64,000 bases of DNA from Epiperipatus broadwayi (Eukaryota > Animalia > Onychophora): assembly GCA_028023455.1 (NCBI GenBank), contig JAQFVV010000007.1:15686001-15750000 (forward strand). Reading direction: 5' to 3'. A program made the position numbers and the translations under genes. Positions 62,481 to 64,000 of the stretch are shown here, one piece after another; positions within the stretch are counted from its first letter, which is position 1; each line of letters starts with the position of its first letter. The notes beneath the pieces were generated by a model that saw nothing but the letters and a program-made list of their open reading frames with translations, was not told the DNA's origin and made no database searches.

Positions 62481-64000
62481 GGTTTGGTTAAAAAATATAA
62501 ATACATGTTTGTTTCATTTCCACTAAATAAAGTTATATATTTTTCAAAATAAAAAATCTTTATAAGTTTATATGGTGGCAGATAATTTATCACAAAAAGT
62601 GTAAACGCATGTTTATATCATTTCAAGTAAATCAAGTTATAGTTTGTCATTTTTCAAATAAATGTTTTCTGGACTAATATGAATATGAAATCTTATCACC
62701 GGACTAATACTTAAGTATCTCAAAATAAAAGTAGAAGAAACTTTGTAATATAAGCATAGTGATGTATCTTTTTGATATTCCAAATAATGGTTACATTTGC
62801 AAAAATAATCAATATTTATAACTTACATTAATGTGAAAAAAATAATGAAAAAAAAGAGAGTAGCAAAGTCACAATGGTTTTTGAATGAGATCAAACTTCA
62901 GAGAGCAGCAGAAATATCCATTCATGCATGAATCAATGTCCTTTTTTTAATTTTCCTTAATTTGTTTAGAAAGAATGTTTTACTGTTCTGAAATGTGGAG
63001 TTAAAAATCAGGTGGTATCTTATGGTATAAAGTGTAAGAAGAATGATAATAGTTATGTTGGAAAAAAAAGTCTTTATTTATGCTATTAAAAAGTCTATTG
63101 AAAGTTTATATATGTGAGAGGATAATATCATTGATAAAAAAAGTGTTATATTTTGAGAGAGGCATTGCAATATGAAATATTTTGTGGTCTTTTCATCTCA
63201 TTTGCCATAAGGTGCACAATAGATCTATATTAGTAAAGTGCATTTTATAAGAAGAAAAAACATATTGGTAGGAAGGCTTTTGACATTTTTTATAATGCAT
63301 TAATTAGATGTTGAATAATAAAAGATTTGGATGTTATCTAATGTGTTATTTTTTCCTTTCTATTTTATGTTTTTCAATCCCTAATCTTGTTAAAGAAGAT
63401 ATTGTGAGAGGGAGTTGTGTGCTTACCAATGAAGTTAATTAATGCTTTGACAAAATTATTGTTTGTGAATGATGGAATGCTGTAGAATCAACAGGTATAT
63501 TCTTACTTATTTTGGGGATTTTGTTAATGAATCTAGTTATATTGCTAATGGTTGTCCAAAAATAAAAGGTGGATATGGTAGCTAACAAAAGCCCAAGAAT
63601 TTTGCATATCTTTGCTTTTTTCTGATTCTGATTGCCAGTGATTTTAGTGCATTAATTTTTTATTAAAATTATGTTTAAGTAATTGCAGTATTTACATTAA
63701 ATGGATGTCAAGAGGTATTGCATTCGCTTTCCTGATCTATGGTTTTGAATTCAGTTTTGAGCCTTGAGATATTTTTTTAAATCACAAATAATCCTTAAGG
63801 TTTATTCCATACCCCCATGTAGCCAAACCTAGCTGATCAAGCTTCCCATTCAATAGTGGTAGGTAAAAGGGTATCCAGTTGAATAATAACTACAAAATAA
63901 AGACACCATATTAATTTATTTAGAACTTAAACAGATGAATGATAAGTACTTTCTGCAAAAATAAAAATAATTTTGTTACAGCCTTTTCTGATGAGTGGAG

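Noticed and set aside
62375-62593. ORF with poly-IY
   Set aside because: Translation of the (TA)n microsatellite.
63986-64000. CTGATGAG at the window end
   Set aside because: Truncated, and it lacks the family's stem I sequence.

Overview
Very AT-rich, repeat-dense eukaryotic DNA, probably from an invertebrate (inference), with CpG-type decay in the repeats. I see no complete host gene, rRNA, intact tRNA or CRISPR array. The window holds decayed transposons: one full-length RTE LINE plus six 3' fragments, an L1/Tx1 fragment, a Penelope GIY-YIG fragment, mariner, pogo and hAT relics, MITEs and tRNA-derived SINEs, several of them nested. The main signal is self-cleaving ribozymes. (1) Eleven type I hammerhead motifs share the core ACCAA-CTGATGA-GTGCTG GTT CAGCAC-GAA-[palindromic stem III]-H-TTGGT. 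They sit in ~350-470 bp non-coding units with terminal redundancy and 5' inversions; two insertions have 13-16 bp TSDs. This resembles retrozymes or Penelope pseudo-LTRs. (2) A second, minimal hammerhead-like motif lies behind a tRNA-like Pol III head, directly 3' of the GIY-YIG ORF. (3) An HDV-like double pseudoknot starts at the apparent first base of the full-length RTE. There is also an unclassified (TA)n-targeting foldback element. All structures were derived by eye and none was computed or tested.
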